From a bacterium (GTDB taxonomy: Bacteria > SZUA-182 > DTGQ01 > JAFGSM01), in NCBI GenBank assembly GCA_049472315.1, contig JBLIRN010000004.1:32001-96000 (forward strand): DNA of 64,000 bases. Reading direction: 5' to 3'. The notes below the pieces were generated by a model, which saw nothing but the letters and a program-made list of their open reading frames with translations, had not been told where the DNA came from and searched no databases. Shown here piece after piece: positions 19,535-31,427 of this stretch (positions are counted from its first letter, which is position 1; the number at the start of each line of letters is the position of its first letter). Both the position numbers and the translations under genes were made by a program.

Positions 19535-21310
19535 ATGAAGGCCCGTTTGGGAGAGATTCTTGTACAAGCAAATATTATTACACAGGAGCAGTTGCTCAAG
19601 GCCCTGGAGGAACAGAAGAGGACCGGAGGCCGCATCGCGAACATCCTGACTAAACTCGGATATCTGAAGGAAGAGGATGCCCTCTTCTACCTCAGCAAAC
19701 AGTTGGGTGTGCCGAGCGTTGATCTGCGCAACTTCGACATCGAACCCGATATCATCGAACTGATCCCTGCCGCGCTCTCCAAGAAATACCGCTTCATCCC
19801 CTTGAACCTCCTGGGAGATACCTTGACCATCGCCATCGTTGATCCCACCGACTATGTGGCCATCGATGACATAAGCTTTTCCACGGGATTCCATATCGAA
19901 ACGGTGGTGACGACGGAATCCCTTTTTGACCAAACATTCGAGCGATCCTATAAAAAGGCGAGACCAGCGAACCTGGATGTCTTTGACTATCGTGAAGAAG
20001 AAGGTGCCGCAATCCGTCATGAAGAGGTACAGGAGCCCCAGGAAGATATCATAGAGGTCGGAGATTTCGACAATATCGTCAAGGGGGCCCTCGACAATGT
20101 GGAGGTGGTGGAAGAGGAGGCATCCCAGGATTCACTCACCGAGGCGGACGCCCCTATTGTGAAACTGGTCAACGGCATACTGCTCAAGGCCGTCAATATC
20201 AAGGCGAGCGATATCCATATCGAGCCCTATGAAAAATCATTCCGGGTCCGCCTTCGTGTGGACGGTGTGCTCAAGAAGGTGATGGGGCTGCCGCCGAAGA
20301 TCAGGAATGCGGTGGTGTCCCGTATAAAGATCATGTCCAAGCTGGATATCGCTGAAAAACGATTGCCCCAGGATGGAAGGATCAAACTGAAACTGGGGAA
20401 AAACGCGGCCATGGACTTCCGTGTATCGGTGCTCCCCACCCTCTTCGGGGAGAAGGTGGTCATGCGGCTCCTGGACAAATCCAATCTCCAGCTCGATATG
20501 ACCAAGCTGGGATTTGAACCCGACGATCTGGAAAAATTCCAGGAGGCCATCAAGAGCCCTTACGGCATGGTCCTGGTGACCGGCCCCACCGGAAGCGGGA
20601 AAACCACCACCCTCTATTCCGCCCTGAACCAGTTGAATGTCGAGGAGACCAACATCATGACCGCCGAAGATCCGGTGGAGTTCAATCTCCAGGGGATCAA
20701 TCAGGTCCATATCCACGAACACATAGGGCTCAACTTTGCCGCTGCACTCCGCTCCTTTTTGCGACAGGACCCCGACGTGGTCATGGTAGGTGAGATACGT
20801 GACCTGGAAACCGCTGAAATAGGCGTCAAGGCGGCCCTCACCGGACACCTTGTGCTGTCGACCCTCCATACCAATGACGCCCCGAGCACCATCATGCGTC
20901 TCTTGAACATGGGGGTCGAATCCTTTCTGGTAAGCTCCGCCGTGGTACTGGTGCTTGCCCAGCGCCTCACCAGAAAGATCTGCAGCGAATGCAAGGAGCA
21001 GATACATGTGCCTCCCGAACTCCTTCGGCGACTGGGTTTCTCGGAGCTCGACATAAACAACGGCATCGAGATCTACAAGGGGAAGGGATGCTCCAAATGC
21101 GGGAACACCGGATATAAGGGAAGGCTCGCCCTTTATGAGGTCATGAAGATGACCGATCCCATCAGGGAACTGATTGTGCGCGGAGGCTCCACCGAGGAAC
21201 TCAGGAACCTCGCCATACAAGAGGGTATGAGGACATTGAGGCAGAGCGGTTTGATGAAGGTTAAAGAGGGGATGACCACCATTGACGAGGTACTCAGTGT
21301 AACCGCATAA
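19535..21310 (+). CDS. pilB: Type IV pilus assembly ATPase
   Basis: MshEN-like N-terminus, ASDIHIEP, GPTGSGKTT, LRQDPD and tetra-Cys Zn motif. Confidence 0.97.
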   Translation: MKARLGEILVQANIITQEQLLKALEEQKRTGGRIANILTKLGYLKEEDALFYLSKQLGVPSVDLRNFDIEPDIIELIPAALSKKYRFIPLNLLGDTLTIAIVDPTDYVAIDDISFSTGFHIETVVTTESLFDQTFERSYKKARPANLDVFDYREEEGAAIRHEEVQEPQEDIIEVGDFDNIVKGALDNVEVVEEEASQDSLTEADAPIVKLVNGILLKAVNIKASDIHIEPYEKSFRVRLRVDGVLKKVMGLPPKIRNAVVSRIKIMSKLDIAEKRLPQDGRIKLKLGKNAAMDFRVSVLPTLFGEKVVMRLLDKSNLQLDMTKLGFEPDDLEKFQEAIKSPYGMVLVTGPTGSGKTTTLYSALNQLNVEETNIMTAEDPVEFNLQGINQVHIHEHIGLNFAAALRSFLRQDPDVVMVGEIRDLETAEIGVKAALTGHLVLSTLHTNDAPSTIMRLLNMGVESFLVSSAVVLVLAQRLTRKICSECKEQIHVPPELLRRLGFSELDINNGIEIYKGKGCSKCGNTGYKGRLALYEVMKMTDPIRELIVRGGSTEELRNLAIQEGMRTLRQSGLMKVKEGMTTIDEVLSVTA

Positions 21311-21375
21311 CACCTTGTAATAGAGAAGAAAAAAACATTATTATTCATGGATTGGACAGGTTCGAGGGTATATAG

Positions 21376-22455
21376 ATGACAGAGTTGAACCAGTTACTCC
21401 ACGAGATGCTTCACATGCGGGCATCCGATCTCCACCTCACCAGCGGCATCCCCCCCCAGGTGCGAGTGGACGGGAACATCATCCCCTCCTCCCACCCTCC
21501 CCTGACTAATGAGGCCATCAGGAACATGGTCAACAGCGTACTGAACGAGGATCAAAAAAGGAAACTCGATGCCGAGCTCGAGCTGGATCTCTCGTTCGGA
21601 ATCAATGGGCTGAGCCGCTTCAGGGCGAATATATTCTTCCAGCGCGGCGCCCTGGCAATGGCCGTGAGAAGCATTCCCATCTACATCCCCACGTTCGAGG
21701 AATTGGGTATCCCCTCCATCGTCACCACCTTATGCGAAAAGACCAGGGGCCTTGTCCTGGTGACCGGGCCTACGGGAAGCGGAAAATCAACCACGCTGGC
21801 GGCGATGATCGACTGGATCAATACCCATCACCATAAACATATCATTACCATAGAGGACCCCATCGAGTATCTCCATTCCCACAAGCAGTGCATTGTGAAT
21901 CAGCGGGAATTGCACGCAGACACCCATTCCTTCATGCATGCACTCCGATCAGCGCTCAGGGAGGACCCCGACATCGTGCTCATCGGAGAGATGAGGGACC
22001 TGGAAACCATAGAGGCTGCATTGACCATATCGGAAACCGGGCATCTCACCCTGGCAACCCTTCATACCAATTCATGCGTCCAGTCCATCAACCGGATTAT
22101 CGATGTCTTTCCGCCCCATCAACAGAACCAGATTCGGACCCAGCTCTCCTTTGTCCTGGAAGGAATACTCGCCCAGCAGTTGATTCCCCGGCAGCTCGAA
22201 GACGGGAGGGCCCTGGCCCTGGAGATTCTTATTCCCAACGCCGCGGTGCGGAACCAGGTACGGGAAAACCACATCCACCATATCTACAGCATCATGCAGG
22301 CGGGGCAGGCACGGCACGGAATGCAGACCATGAATCAGGCGCTGTTTGACCTGTACCAAAAGGGCATCATATCCAAGGAAAATGCCCTTGGCCATTCAAC
22401 CTATCCGGAAGAGATGGCAAATATGATTCAAAACACGCTTGTGCGAATGATCTAA
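21376..22455 (+). CDS. pilT: Type IV pilus retraction ATPase
   Basis: ASDLHL, GPTGSGKSTT, ALREDPD and AVRNQVRE (AIRNLIRE-like). Confidence 0.97.
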   Translation: MTELNQLLHEMLHMRASDLHLTSGIPPQVRVDGNIIPSSHPPLTNEAIRNMVNSVLNEDQKRKLDAELELDLSFGINGLSRFRANIFFQRGALAMAVRSIPIYIPTFEELGIPSIVTTLCEKTRGLVLVTGPTGSGKSTTLAAMIDWINTHHHKHIITIEDPIEYLHSHKQCIVNQRELHADTHSFMHALRSALREDPDIVLIGEMRDLETIEAALTISETGHLTLATLHTNSCVQSINRIIDVFPPHQQNQIRTQLSFVLEGILAQQLIPRQLEDGRALALEILIPNAAVRNQVRENHIHHIYSIMQAGQARHGMQTMNQALFDLYQKGIISKENALGHSTYPEEMANMIQNTLVRMI

Positions 22456-22480
22456 ATAATATATTAGAGAGGAAAGGGTT

Positions 22481-23692
22481 ATGCCGGTATTCAAATATAA
22501 GGGCAGGACGCTGCAAGGCAAAGAGGTAGAAGGCGAGATAACGGGTGACAGCAAAGAACTGGTAATGGCCGAATTGAGGCGTCAGGCCGTCATTCCCACC
22601 CAGGTGAAAAAGAAACCCACGGAGATCACCATCTCCATTCCCGGGTTCGGGGCAAAGATAAAGGAAAAGGACCGAATCGTATTCACCCGCCAGTTCGCCA
22701 CTATGATCGATGCCGGGCTTCCCCTCGTCCAGAGTCTCGACATCCTCGCCCAGCAGACGGAAAACCCGGAACTGGCCAAGACCATCAAGGATATCAAGAT
22801 GACCGTGGAAGGCGGGAGCACCTTCGCCGACGCACTTCGCAAATACCCGAAGGTGTTTGATCAATTGTATGTGAACATGGTGGAGGCTGGAGAGGCAGGC
22901 GGTATCCTGGATACCATTCTGGAGAGGCTCTCCGGATACATGGAACGGGCCCTGGCCCTCAAGCGGAAGGTCAAGACCGCCATGACCTACCCGATCGTCA
23001 TCCTTGTGGTGGCCGTCGTGGTGGTCGCCGGGCTCCTCATCTTCGTCATCCCCCAGTTCGCTGACCTTTTCACCAGTTTCGGGGGAACGCTTCCGCTGCC
23101 CACCCGTATCGTCATCGCGCTGAGTGATTTCCTGGGCGGATGGGGAGGATTGATTATCCTGATAACCGTTATTACCGTCTTCATCACCGTCAAGCGAGTC
23201 AACAGGACGGCAAAGGGAAAGCTCTTTTTCGATAAGGTACTTTTGAAGTCACCGGTATTCGGCAATCTTCTTCAAAAGGTTTCGATCGCCAAATTCACCA
23301 GAACCCTGGGCACCCTGATCAGCAGCGGCGTTCCCCTCCTCGATGGTATGGAGATCACGGCACGAACGGCTGGGAACAAGGTGATCGAACATGCCATCAT
23401 GTCCAGCCGGGTCTCCATCAGCGAAGGGAAAACCATTGCGGAGCCGCTGGGCGAGACCAAGGTGTTCCCCCCCATGGTGGTGCAGATGATATCCATCGGC
23501 GAAAGCACGGGTGCACTGGATACCATGCTGGGGAAGATCGCGGATTTCTACGACGAGGAGGTGAACACCGCGGTGGAGGCGCTCACCTCCATGCTGGAGC
23601 CTCTGTTGATGATCTTCCTGGGTGGATCGGTCGGATTTATATTGATTGCCATGTACATGCCGATATTCGGCCTGGCGAATCTCATCGGATAG
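22481..23692 (+). CDS. pilC: Type IV pilus platform protein
   Basis: FTRQFATMIDAGLPL, GEAGG.L, GESTG.LD.ML and LEP; three TM segments. Confidence 0.97.
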   Translation: MPVFKYKGRTLQGKEVEGEITGDSKELVMAELRRQAVIPTQVKKKPTEITISIPGFGAKIKEKDRIVFTRQFATMIDAGLPLVQSLDILAQQTENPELAKTIKDIKMTVEGGSTFADALRKYPKVFDQLYVNMVEAGEAGGILDTILERLSGYMERALALKRKVKTAMTYPIVILVVAVVVVAGLLIFVIPQFADLFTSFGGTLPLPTRIVIALSDFLGGWGGLIILITVITVFITVKRVNRTAKGKLFFDKVLLKSPVFGNLLQKVSIAKFTRTLGTLISSGVPLLDGMEITARTAGNKVIEHAIMSSRVSISEGKTIAEPLGETKVFPPMVVQMISIGESTGALDTMLGKIADFYDEEVNTAVEALTSMLEPLLMIFLGGSVGFILIAMYMPIFGLANLIG

Positions 23693-23736
23693 TGCCGGAC
23701 ACCCTCCGGAACAGCAGGAGCTCATGCGAGGGACGT

Positions 23737-25410
23737 ATGGACACGACGGTACAGGTTGAGGAACAGCAGGGAAACGCATACCTGCGCCGCAAGATACTAT
23801 GGCTGATGATCCTGCGGGTGATCATCCTCACCATCCTCCTGGGTTCCATCAGCATTGTCCAGATCCGGCACGCGCGATCGGGCCTTAATCCCTACTACCT
23901 CCTCATTGCCCTCACCTACCTCCTCACCATCCTCTACGCGGTGCTCTTTTATTCAATGAGCAATCTCGTCGTGCTCGCCTATATTCAACTGGTTGCAGAC
24001 GTACTCATAGAGTCGTGCCTGATCTACCTCACCGGAGGCATTGAGAGCCCCTTTTCCTTCATGTTCATCATCACCATCATCACCACAAGCATCGTCCTGT
24101 CACGCAGGGGAAGCCTCATCATCGCCTCAATGAGCAGCATCCTCTATGGAGTGCTCCTCGATCTCCAATACTTCGGCATCCTCACCCTGCCTTCCAGGGG
24201 GACCCTGGCGGCCGGACTCCTGAGCAGTCGCTACGTCTTCTATACCATCTTCGTCAACATATGCGGCTTCTATCTCATTGCCTTCCTCAGCGGCTATCTG
24301 GCCGAATCAACCAGAAAGATCGACCAGGAGCTCACCGCCAGCAAGGAAGATCTCATGGAATTGAAGGCCTTTAACGAGGATGTGCTCAAAAACATCCGTT
24401 CAGGCCTCGTCATTACCGATATCAACGGAAAGATCACCCTCGCCAACAAGGCAGCCATGGAGATCCTGGGCATCAACGAAATCAACGAAGAATTCCTTTA
24501 CTGGAACGAGCTCTTTTTGCCGATCGATTTTCCCAAAATCCTTGCCCTGATCGAGGAGGAACAAACCATCTCCTATAATGAATTTGTCAATTGCGGGGAA
24601 CGCGGGCCCTGCTTTATCGGGCTGAATCTGGCACCCATTCAGGATGCGCAGGGCAATACCAAGGGAACGATCACCAGTTTTCAGGACCTCACCGAATTCA
24701 AAAGGATGGAGGATCAGATAAAACAGGCCGACATCCTGGCGACCATCGGGGGAATGGGGGCAGGCATGGCCCACGAACTGCGCAACCCCCTCGCCTCAAT
24801 CAAGGGTTCCATCCAGCTCCTTGCCGAGGGACTCACCCTGGATGAGGAGCAAACAACCCTGATGAATATTGTGATCAGGGAGTCAACACACCTGAACAAC
24901 GTCATCAATGATTTTCTCACCTATGCCCGGCCACGGCCACTTAGACTGGAGTCCTGCGATATCAATTCCCTGGTCGATGACACCCTGACCATGCTGAAAA
25001 ACGGTGAGGATTTCAATCACACCATCTCCATCGTCACCGATCTGGAAGAGGAGCATACGATCCTGAACCTCGATGCCAACCAGATGAAACAGGTATTCTG
25101 GAATCTTGCAATAAACGCCTGTCAGGCCATGCCTGAAGGGGGCACCCTTTCGGTGAAAGGCCGTACCAGAGACAATAAACACAAATCATACAAGGTCATA
25201 GAATTCCAGGATACGGGGGTGGGGATTACCAGGGAACACCTTCCGAGGGTGTTTCACCCCTTCTACACCACAAAGGAACGGGGAACAGGGCTGGGGCTCT
25301 GCACCGCCTATCGGGTGATTGAGGCACATGGAGGCAAAATCGAGGTGGAGAGCCAACCGGGACAGGGGAGCCTCTTTCGGATCTATCTTTCCCTGCTCTC
25401 CAGCCCGTAG
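23737..25410 (+). CDS. pilS: PilS-like membrane PAS histidine kinase
   Basis: Multiple TM with TGG.ESPF, PAS, AHELRNPL, N-box and GTGLGL. The ORF track start is 23692. Confidence 0.9.
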   Translation: MDTTVQVEEQQGNAYLRRKILWLMILRVIILTILLGSISIVQIRHARSGLNPYYLLIALTYLLTILYAVLFYSMSNLVVLAYIQLVADVLIESCLIYLTGGIESPFSFMFIITIITTSIVLSRRGSLIIASMSSILYGVLLDLQYFGILTLPSRGTLAAGLLSSRYVFYTIFVNICGFYLIAFLSGYLAESTRKIDQELTASKEDLMELKAFNEDVLKNIRSGLVITDINGKITLANKAAMEILGINEINEEFLYWNELFLPIDFPKILALIEEEQTISYNEFVNCGERGPCFIGLNLAPIQDAQGNTKGTITSFQDLTEFKRMEDQIKQADILATIGGMGAGMAHELRNPLASIKGSIQLLAEGLTLDEEQTTLMNIVIRESTHLNNVINDFLTYARPRPLRLESCDINSLVDDTLTMLKNGEDFNHTISIVTDLEEEHTILNLDANQMKQVFWNLAINACQAMPEGGTLSVKGRTRDNKHKSYKVIEFQDTGVGITREHLPRVFHPFYTTKERGTGLGLCTAYRVIEAHGGKIEVESQPGQGSLFRIYLSLLSSP

Positions 25411-25492
25411 GGATTTTGATCGAGGGGAGAATATGTGGCATAGTATACAGTATGATATGAGTGCCTGACGAACAGGGTGAGGGAAAACCACA

Positions 25493-26878
25493 GTGAACTC
25501 CATACTGATCATAGACGACGAACGGAGCATGTGCGAGTTTCTCGCCATTATGCTCAAACGTGAAGGGTACCGGGTCAAGTTCGCAAACACCCCCAAGGAG
25601 GGGATCACCCTTGCCCAGAATGAGGCCTTTGATCTAGCCGTCATCGATATTCGGATGCCGGGTATGGACGGATTAAGTGTATTGAGGGAGATCAGGAAGA
25701 TCAGCCCGGAGACCCTTGCGATCATGATCACCGCCTACGCATCCACCAAGACCGCTGTGCAGGCAATCAAGGAGGGGGCCTACGACTACCTGACCAAGCC
25801 TTTCAAGAATAACGAGGAGATAAAGCTGGTGATCCACAATGCCCTGGAGAAGAAGCGCCTTCAGGAGGAAAATGTCATCCTCAGGCGGGAGCTTTCCACG
25901 AAATACAAGCTGGGAAACATCCTGGGCAAGAGCAGCCAGATGCGGGAGATATTCGCCCTCATCCAGAAGATTGCCAACAGCCGGAGTACGGTGTTGATAA
26001 CGGGTGAAAGCGGCACAGGCAAAGAGCTGGTGGCGCGGGCCATTCACTTCCACAGCGCCCAACGGAACGAGTCCTTTGTAAGCGTCAATTGCGGCGGTAT
26101 GCCTGAAGGGCTCCTGGAGAGCGAACTTTTCGGTCATGTGAAGGGATCGTTTACCGGGGCGATCCACAATAAGAAGGGGCTCTTTGAAGCCGCGCACAAG
26201 GGCACCATATTCCTGGACGAGATCGCCTCCACCCCCCTTTCCCTGCAGGTCAAGCTCCTGAGGGTACTCCAGGATCAGGAGATCCGCAGGGTTGGGGCAA
26301 CCGAGGGTATCACCGTTGATGTGCGCATCATTGCAGCGACCAATAAGGATTTGCAGGAGGCGGTCCAGGAAGGAACCTTCCGGGAGGACCTCTACTACCG
26401 TCTCAACGTGATCCCTGTGTGCCTTCCGCCTCTGAGGGAGAGGATCGGGGATATCCCTCTCCTCGTGGCCCATTTCCTGGACATCTACGCGAAAAAAAAT
26501 GGATTTCTCGATATGGATACCTCGCCTTCATCCGAGATCATCCGCATACTCTCCAATTACCACTGGCCCGGTAATGTGCGTGAGTTGGAAAACGTCATCG
26601 AAAGGGCCGTTGCCCTCGGCAACGGAAAATCGCTCCGGCCCGAAGACTTGCCGGACAATGTCCTCTATCCCATCCATCCCCCCTATCAATCATCGAGCTT
26701 CGACATGGAAAAGGGGATCGACCTGGAAAAGGCGGTCACCGAAATGGAGACGCGGCTCATTTCACAAGCGCTCAAGAAGACCCAGGGGAACAAGAGCAAG
26801 GCGGCGGAGTTGCTCAATTTAAGCTTTCGTTCATTTCGGTACCGGCTCCAGAAATATGGAGACATCCTGGAACAATAA
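25493..26878 (+). CDS. pilR: PilR-like sigma-54-dependent response regulator
   Basis: Receiver, GESGTGKE, GSFTGA, FLDEI, WPGNVREL and HTH SFRSFRYRL. Confidence 0.92.
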   Translation: MNSILIIDDERSMCEFLAIMLKREGYRVKFANTPKEGITLAQNEAFDLAVIDIRMPGMDGLSVLREIRKISPETLAIMITAYASTKTAVQAIKEGAYDYLTKPFKNNEEIKLVIHNALEKKRLQEENVILRRELSTKYKLGNILGKSSQMREIFALIQKIANSRSTVLITGESGTGKELVARAIHFHSAQRNESFVSVNCGGMPEGLLESELFGHVKGSFTGAIHNKKGLFEAAHKGTIFLDEIASTPLSLQVKLLRVLQDQEIRRVGATEGITVDVRIIAATNKDLQEAVQEGTFREDLYYRLNVIPVCLPPLRERIGDIPLLVAHFLDIYAKKNGFLDMDTSPSSEIIRILSNYHWPGNVRELENVIERAVALGNGKSLRPEDLPDNVLYPIHPPYQSSSFDMEKGIDLEKAVTEMETRLISQALKKTQGNKSKAAELLNLSFRSFRYRLQKYGDILEQ

Positions 26879-26909
26879 GGAACGCGAGGGACTCACAGAA
26901 TCGAGGGCA

Positions 26910-28313
26910 CTACCTCTCCGAGGCACTCATCTCGGCCACCAGAACCCGGGTTACATCTTCCTGTCCCTGCAGCAGCGGATTCAGATCGGCCATAACCGCT
27001 CGAAACTGGGGCAGCATATTTTTCTTTAACGGCTTCCCCGATGGATACTGCTCATTCAACGGATTGATGAACCGGGTACCCTTTTTGACACGATAATCCA
27101 GATGAGGGCCGGTGGAGAGACCGGTGGTTCCCACATACCCGATCACCTGTTTCTGGGTCACCCGAACCCCCTTTTTCAATCCCCGAGCAAAACCGGACAG
27201 GTGATTGTAGTAGGTGACATATGCGTTCATGTGTCTTAGTTTTACCTGATTCCCGTTATACCTATCATACGAGGTGGAAAGGACCACCCCATCGGCCACC
27301 GCCCACACAGGGGAACCGTACGGGGCGGCGAAATCGATCCCCAGGTGCGGCCGCACGCTTCCCAGAATGGGATGCCTGCGGTGATGGCTGTATCCAGAGC
27401 TTATGTACTTGTAACTCAATGGGGCCCTCAGAAATGCCCGCCGCAGGGATACGCCCTCCGCATCATAGTAGTCTCCACTACCTTCGTCCTTGAAGTAGAA
27501 CCCCCTCAATGTCCCTGTAACCTCTCCTTCATACAGTATTGCCAGGACCCTGCCGTACCCTATCGGCTCGTCACCCCTGAAATAGCGCTCGAAAACCATC
27601 CTGAAACGGTCCCCCTCCCTCACCTCGTGTTGAAAATCGATCTTCCACTCGAGGATCTCCGCAAACTGCAGCGCCAGGGATACGGGATACCCGGCGTCCT
27701 GCATGGTAGTAAAGAGGGAGCCCTTGATGGAGCCGGAAATGCTTACCCAATACTTCGCAATCTTTATGTCCTCCCGCCACGCGTTCCATTTGTCCCCTTG
27801 ATCCCTGCTCAGGCAGTAGATCTCCAGCGGGCTTTTCTGATACTCGAACCGCTCGACCTCACCCTCCTCGGTAAGGCTTAACCGGTAGATATCGCCGGGC
27901 CTGCTCTGGGAGCGAAAACGTAACAGGGGATTGAGCTTGCTGGTGATGAGGTGAATCGTTCGATCGGCTATGCCTTCCCGGTGCAGGCACTGGTAGATGC
28001 TCTCTCCATCCTTGATGGTACCGTCCCGGTAAAGCAGAGAATAGGATGGAGGGGGCGGAGGACCCTCAATAACGATACACGAGGGCTCCGCAGGGGATGC
28101 ATGTGGCATCAGGGAGGCATTTGCGTCAGGATATCCCATTGTGGTATCCGCTGTGGGAAGGGTTTGCCGGGCCCGTGTCAATGTGGACACGAGATATCCG
28201 CACAGCAGTATGCAGGGCACTGCCAGAATCACAACGGCAATGACGGAGAGTCTCACTGTGTGTCTTCGATGTCTCTGTCTCTTGAGATGTTCCGATGAAT
28301 GGTAGAGCGGCAT
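26910..28313 (-). CDS. M23-family peptidoglycan DD-endopeptidase (MepM/Csd3-like)
   Basis: HLGIDFAA, Y.HL and STGPHL motifs; N-terminal TM. Confidence 0.92.
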   Translation of the reverse strand: MPLYHSSEHLKRQRHRRHTVRLSVIAVVILAVPCILLCGYLVSTLTRARQTLPTADTTMGYPDANASLMPHASPAEPSCIVIEGPPPPPSYSLLYRDGTIKDGESIYQCLHREGIADRTIHLITSKLNPLLRFRSQSRPGDIYRLSLTEEGEVERFEYQKSPLEIYCLSRDQGDKWNAWREDIKIAKYWVSISGSIKGSLFTTMQDAGYPVSLALQFAEILEWKIDFQHEVREGDRFRMVFERYFRGDEPIGYGRVLAILYEGEVTGTLRGFYFKDEGSGDYYDAEGVSLRRAFLRAPLSYKYISSGYSHHRRHPILGSVRPHLGIDFAAPYGSPVWAVADGVVLSTSYDRYNGNQVKLRHMNAYVTYYNHLSGFARGLKKGVRVTQKQVIGYVGTTGLSTGPHLDYRVKKGTRFINPLNEQYPSGKPLKKNMLPQFRAVMADLNPLLQGQEDVTRVLVAEMSASER

Positions 28314-28322
28314 GAATGGCCT

Positions 28323-29768
28323 CTATTGCCTTTGTTCGAGTTTTGTGACCAGGATTTCATTCACCAGCTTGGGATTGGCCTTTCCCTTGGTCGCCCTCAT
28401 CACTTGTCCCACCAGGAATCCCACCGCCTCCTTCCTCCCCTTCCTGTAATCCGCGACCGTTTCCGGATGAGCGGCGAGCACCTCATCGATCGTTTCCTCA
28501 AGACGCGAGGTATCGGTTATCTGAATGAGGTCCTCCTCCCGTACGATACTGGAGGCATCCTTTCCCGTTCGATACATTGAGGCGAACACCCTCTTGGCGA
28601 TCTTTCCGCTGATCACCCCGTCATCGATCATCTTCAGCATATCGGCCAGGCCCTTCGGACTGACCGGCGAGGAGGTGATGTCACGATTGTCACGATTCAA
28701 CTCCCTCATCAGCTCCACCATGATCCAGTTGCTCACCGCCTTGGGCCCAGGATAAAGGGCGCAACACGCCTCAAAATAGTCGGCGAGTTCAGTGGAAACG
28801 GTCAGTACCTGGGCGTCATAGGGTGGTATTTCGTATTCCCTGATCAGGCGATTCCTCTTTACCTCGGGCAATTCCGGCAGTGTCCGGTCAATACGATCTA
28901 TCAATTCCTCGTCGATTGCCAGGGGCGGGAGGTCCGGTTCAGGAAAATAGCGGTAGTCATGGGCCTCCTCCTTGCTCCTCATGGGGATGCTGATCCCCCT
29001 GTCCGCGTCCCACAGCCGTGTTTCCTGCACCACCCGCTCTCCACCATCAAGAAGCATGATCTGGCGTTCGATCTCATATTCCAGCGCCCGCTGTACATTC
29101 CGGAAGGAATTCATATTCTTTATCTCCGTCTTCACGCCGAACGATTCCTGCCCGATGGGTCGCACGGATACATTGGCGTCGCACCGCAGGCTCCCTTCTT
29201 CCATGTTCCCGTCGCATACCTTCAAGTATTGAAGGATTGCCTTCAGATTTTGAAGAAAGAGCCTTGCCTCCTCGGGTGATCGGATTTCGGGTTCGGTCAC
29301 GATCTCCATGAGGGGTACCCCGGTGCGGTTAAAATCCACAAAACTTGCATTCCTGTCCGGACCCTCGCCGTGGATGAGCTTTCCCGCATCCTCCTCCAGA
29401 TGTATGCGGGTGAGCCCGATGCGTTTCTTACCCCCCTCTTCCAGGTCCACCTCCACATATCCTCCTTCCGACAGGGGGAGCTCATATTGGGAAATCTGAT
29501 ACGCCTTGGGCAGATCGGGATAGAAGTAATTCTTGCGTGCAAAGCGGCTCGTATGCGGGATGCGCCCATGGACTGCCAGCGCGGTCTTCAGGGCAAACTC
29601 GACCGCCTGGCGGTTCAGCACCGGGAGGACACCCGGAAATCCCATGCACACCGGGCAGGTTTGGGTATTGGGAGGCTCTCCGAATCTCGTGCCGCAGCCG
29701 CAGAAGATCTTTGACCGGGTGAGAAGCTGGGCATGGATCTCAAGGCCTATAACGCTCTCATACCCCAT
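28323..29768 (-). CDS. gatB: Asp/Glu-tRNA amidotransferase subunit B
   Basis: [28 protein letters not shown] and YRYFPEPDL. Confidence 0.98.
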   Translation of the reverse strand: MGYESVIGLEIHAQLLTRSKIFCGCGTRFGEPPNTQTCPVCMGFPGVLPVLNRQAVEFALKTALAVHGRIPHTSRFARKNYFYPDLPKAYQISQYELPLSEGGYVEVDLEEGGKKRIGLTRIHLEEDAGKLIHGEGPDRNASFVDFNRTGVPLMEIVTEPEIRSPEEARLFLQNLKAILQYLKVCDGNMEEGSLRCDANVSVRPIGQESFGVKTEIKNMNSFRNVQRALEYEIERQIMLLDGGERVVQETRLWDADRGISIPMRSKEEAHDYRYFPEPDLPPLAIDEELIDRIDRTLPELPEVKRNRLIREYEIPPYDAQVLTVSTELADYFEACCALYPGPKAVSNWIMVELMRELNRDNRDITSSPVSPKGLADMLKMIDDGVISGKIAKRVFASMYRTGKDASSIVREEDLIQITDTSRLEETIDEVLAAHPETVADYRKGRKEAVGFLVGQVMRATKGKANPKLVNEILVTKLEQRQ

Positions 29769-31245
29769 GCGTACCTTTCTCCCAGAAACGCTGCGGTTTT
29801 GTTACCTGCAATGCCTGCTCCAGGGCGAAGGCAACCCTCAGGACCGTCCCCTCCTCGAAGGGTCTGCCCAGGATCTGTATCCCTATGGGAAGCCCCTCCT
29901 CGGTAAACCCGCAGGGCAAGGAGATGGCCGGAATGCCTGCCAGATTTGCGGAGATGGTAAAGATGTCGTTGAGATACATCTGCAGAGGATCGGTGATGTT
30001 CTCTCCGAGCCGAAAGGCAGGGGTCGGTGTGGTGGGGGTGACCAGCACGTCATGGTTCTGCAATGCCGCGTCAAAATCCTTCTTGATGAGGGTGCGCACC
30101 TTGAGGGCCTTCAGGTAATAGGCATCGTAGTATCCCGTGCTGAGGGCATAGGTCCCAAGCATGATCCTCCGCTTGACCTCCCCGCCGAACCCCTTGTCAC
30201 GTGTCATTCGGTACATCTGCCTCAGGTCGGTGTGACCCTGGTCCCTGAAGCCGTACTTCACCCCGTCGTAGCGTGCAAGGTTGGAACTCGCCTCCGCCGT
30301 CGCAATAAGATAGTAGGCGGCGATCGCATAATCGGTGTGGGGCAGGGAGACATCCTCCACTGCCGCCCCGAGGCCGGCCAGGGTATCAATGGCTCGGTTG
30401 ACGTGAAGGGACACCCCCCGATCAAGCCCGCCGATGAAGTATTCCTTCGGCCTTCCCACCCGTATTCCCGCAATATCATTCCCCAGGGCATCCCCGTATC
30501 GCGGAACGGGGATCGCCGCAGAGGTGCTGTCGCGGTGATCCCTTCCACTTATTACGGAAAGGAGCAAGGCACAATCGGTGACGTCCCTTGCAATGGGACC
30601 GACCTGATCCAATGACGAGGCGAAGGCAACCAGACCGAAACGTGACACCCTGCCATAGGTCGGCTTGAGGCCCACCACACCGCAGAAGGCAGCGGGCTGG
30701 CGTATCGATCCCCCGGTATCCGAGCCCAGGGCTGCAGAGGCCATATCCGATGCCACCACGGCAGCAGAACCCCCTGACGACCCGCCAGGCACCCGCTCCG
30801 ATGACCAGGGATTGATGGTGGGGCCGAAGCAGGATGTCTCCGTGGAGGAGCCCATGGCAAACTCATCCAGATTGGTCTTCCCCAGGATGATTGCACCCTC
30901 TTGCCGGAGCTTCTCCACAACATGGGCATCAAATGGTGGGATAAAGGATTTCAGGATGCCGGATGAACAGGTGGTGGAAAGCCCCGTGGTACAGATATTG
31001 TCCTTTATCGCTATGGGGATGCCTGCCAAGGCATTGGAAACGGAATGATTTCGATGATGGCGATCAATCTCTTCCGCCCTTGCCAGGGCTTGATCTGCAG
31101 CAAGGGATAGATACCCGTTGATGAGGGGATTGATGTATTCGATTCGTTCCAGGTACAAACGCACCAATTCCTTGGCGCTCAATCTTTTTTCCTTAAGCAG
31201 TGCAATCTGCCTATGGATAGGTTGGGCACAGATCGCTTCGGTCAT
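29758..31245 (-). CDS. gatA: Asp/Glu-tRNA amidotransferase subunit A
   Basis: [24 protein letters not shown] and SSNLARYDG. Confidence 0.98.
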   Translation of the reverse strand: MTEAICAQPIHRQIALLKEKRLSAKELVRLYLERIEYINPLINGYLSLAADQALARAEEIDRHHRNHSVSNALAGIPIAIKDNICTTGLSTTCSSGILKSFIPPFDAHVVEKLRQEGAIILGKTNLDEFAMGSSTETSCFGPTINPWSSERVPGGSSGGSAAVVASDMASAALGSDTGGSIRQPAAFCGVVGLKPTYGRVSRFGLVAFASSLDQVGPIARDVTDCALLLSVISGRDHRDSTSAAIPVPRYGDALGNDIAGIRVGRPKEYFIGGLDRGVSLHVNRAIDTLAGLGAAVEDVSLPHTDYAIAAYYLIATAEASSNLARYDGVKYGFRDQGHTDLRQMYRMTRDKGFGGEVKRRIMLGTYALSTGYYDAYYLKALKVRTLIKKDFDAALQNHDVLVTPTTPTPAFRLGENITDPLQMYLNDIFTISANLAGIPAISLPCGFTEEGLPIGIQILGRPFEEGTVLRVAFALEQALQVTKPQRFWEKGTHGV

Positions 31246-31356
31246 GATCCCCTCGTCCACTCCTTCCTACCCTGCGGCGATTGCCCTATCCTCTTCAACA
31301 CACCGCAGCGGAGGAAGGCCAGGCGTTCCCTCCTTCGGGTAAAGGCATTTACATGC

Positions 31357-31416
31357 TAAAAAAAGGAAGGGGGTAGGTCAAGAGATTGGATCGTCCGATC
31401 TATTGCTACCCCCTTT
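31357..31416 (-). terminator. Terminator downstream of hup
   Basis: Imperfect hairpin AAGGGGGTAG..AGATTGGA/TCCGATCT..CTACCCCCTT with a U-run on the minus strand. Confidence 0.7.
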
Positions 31417-31427
31417 ATTGATCGATT

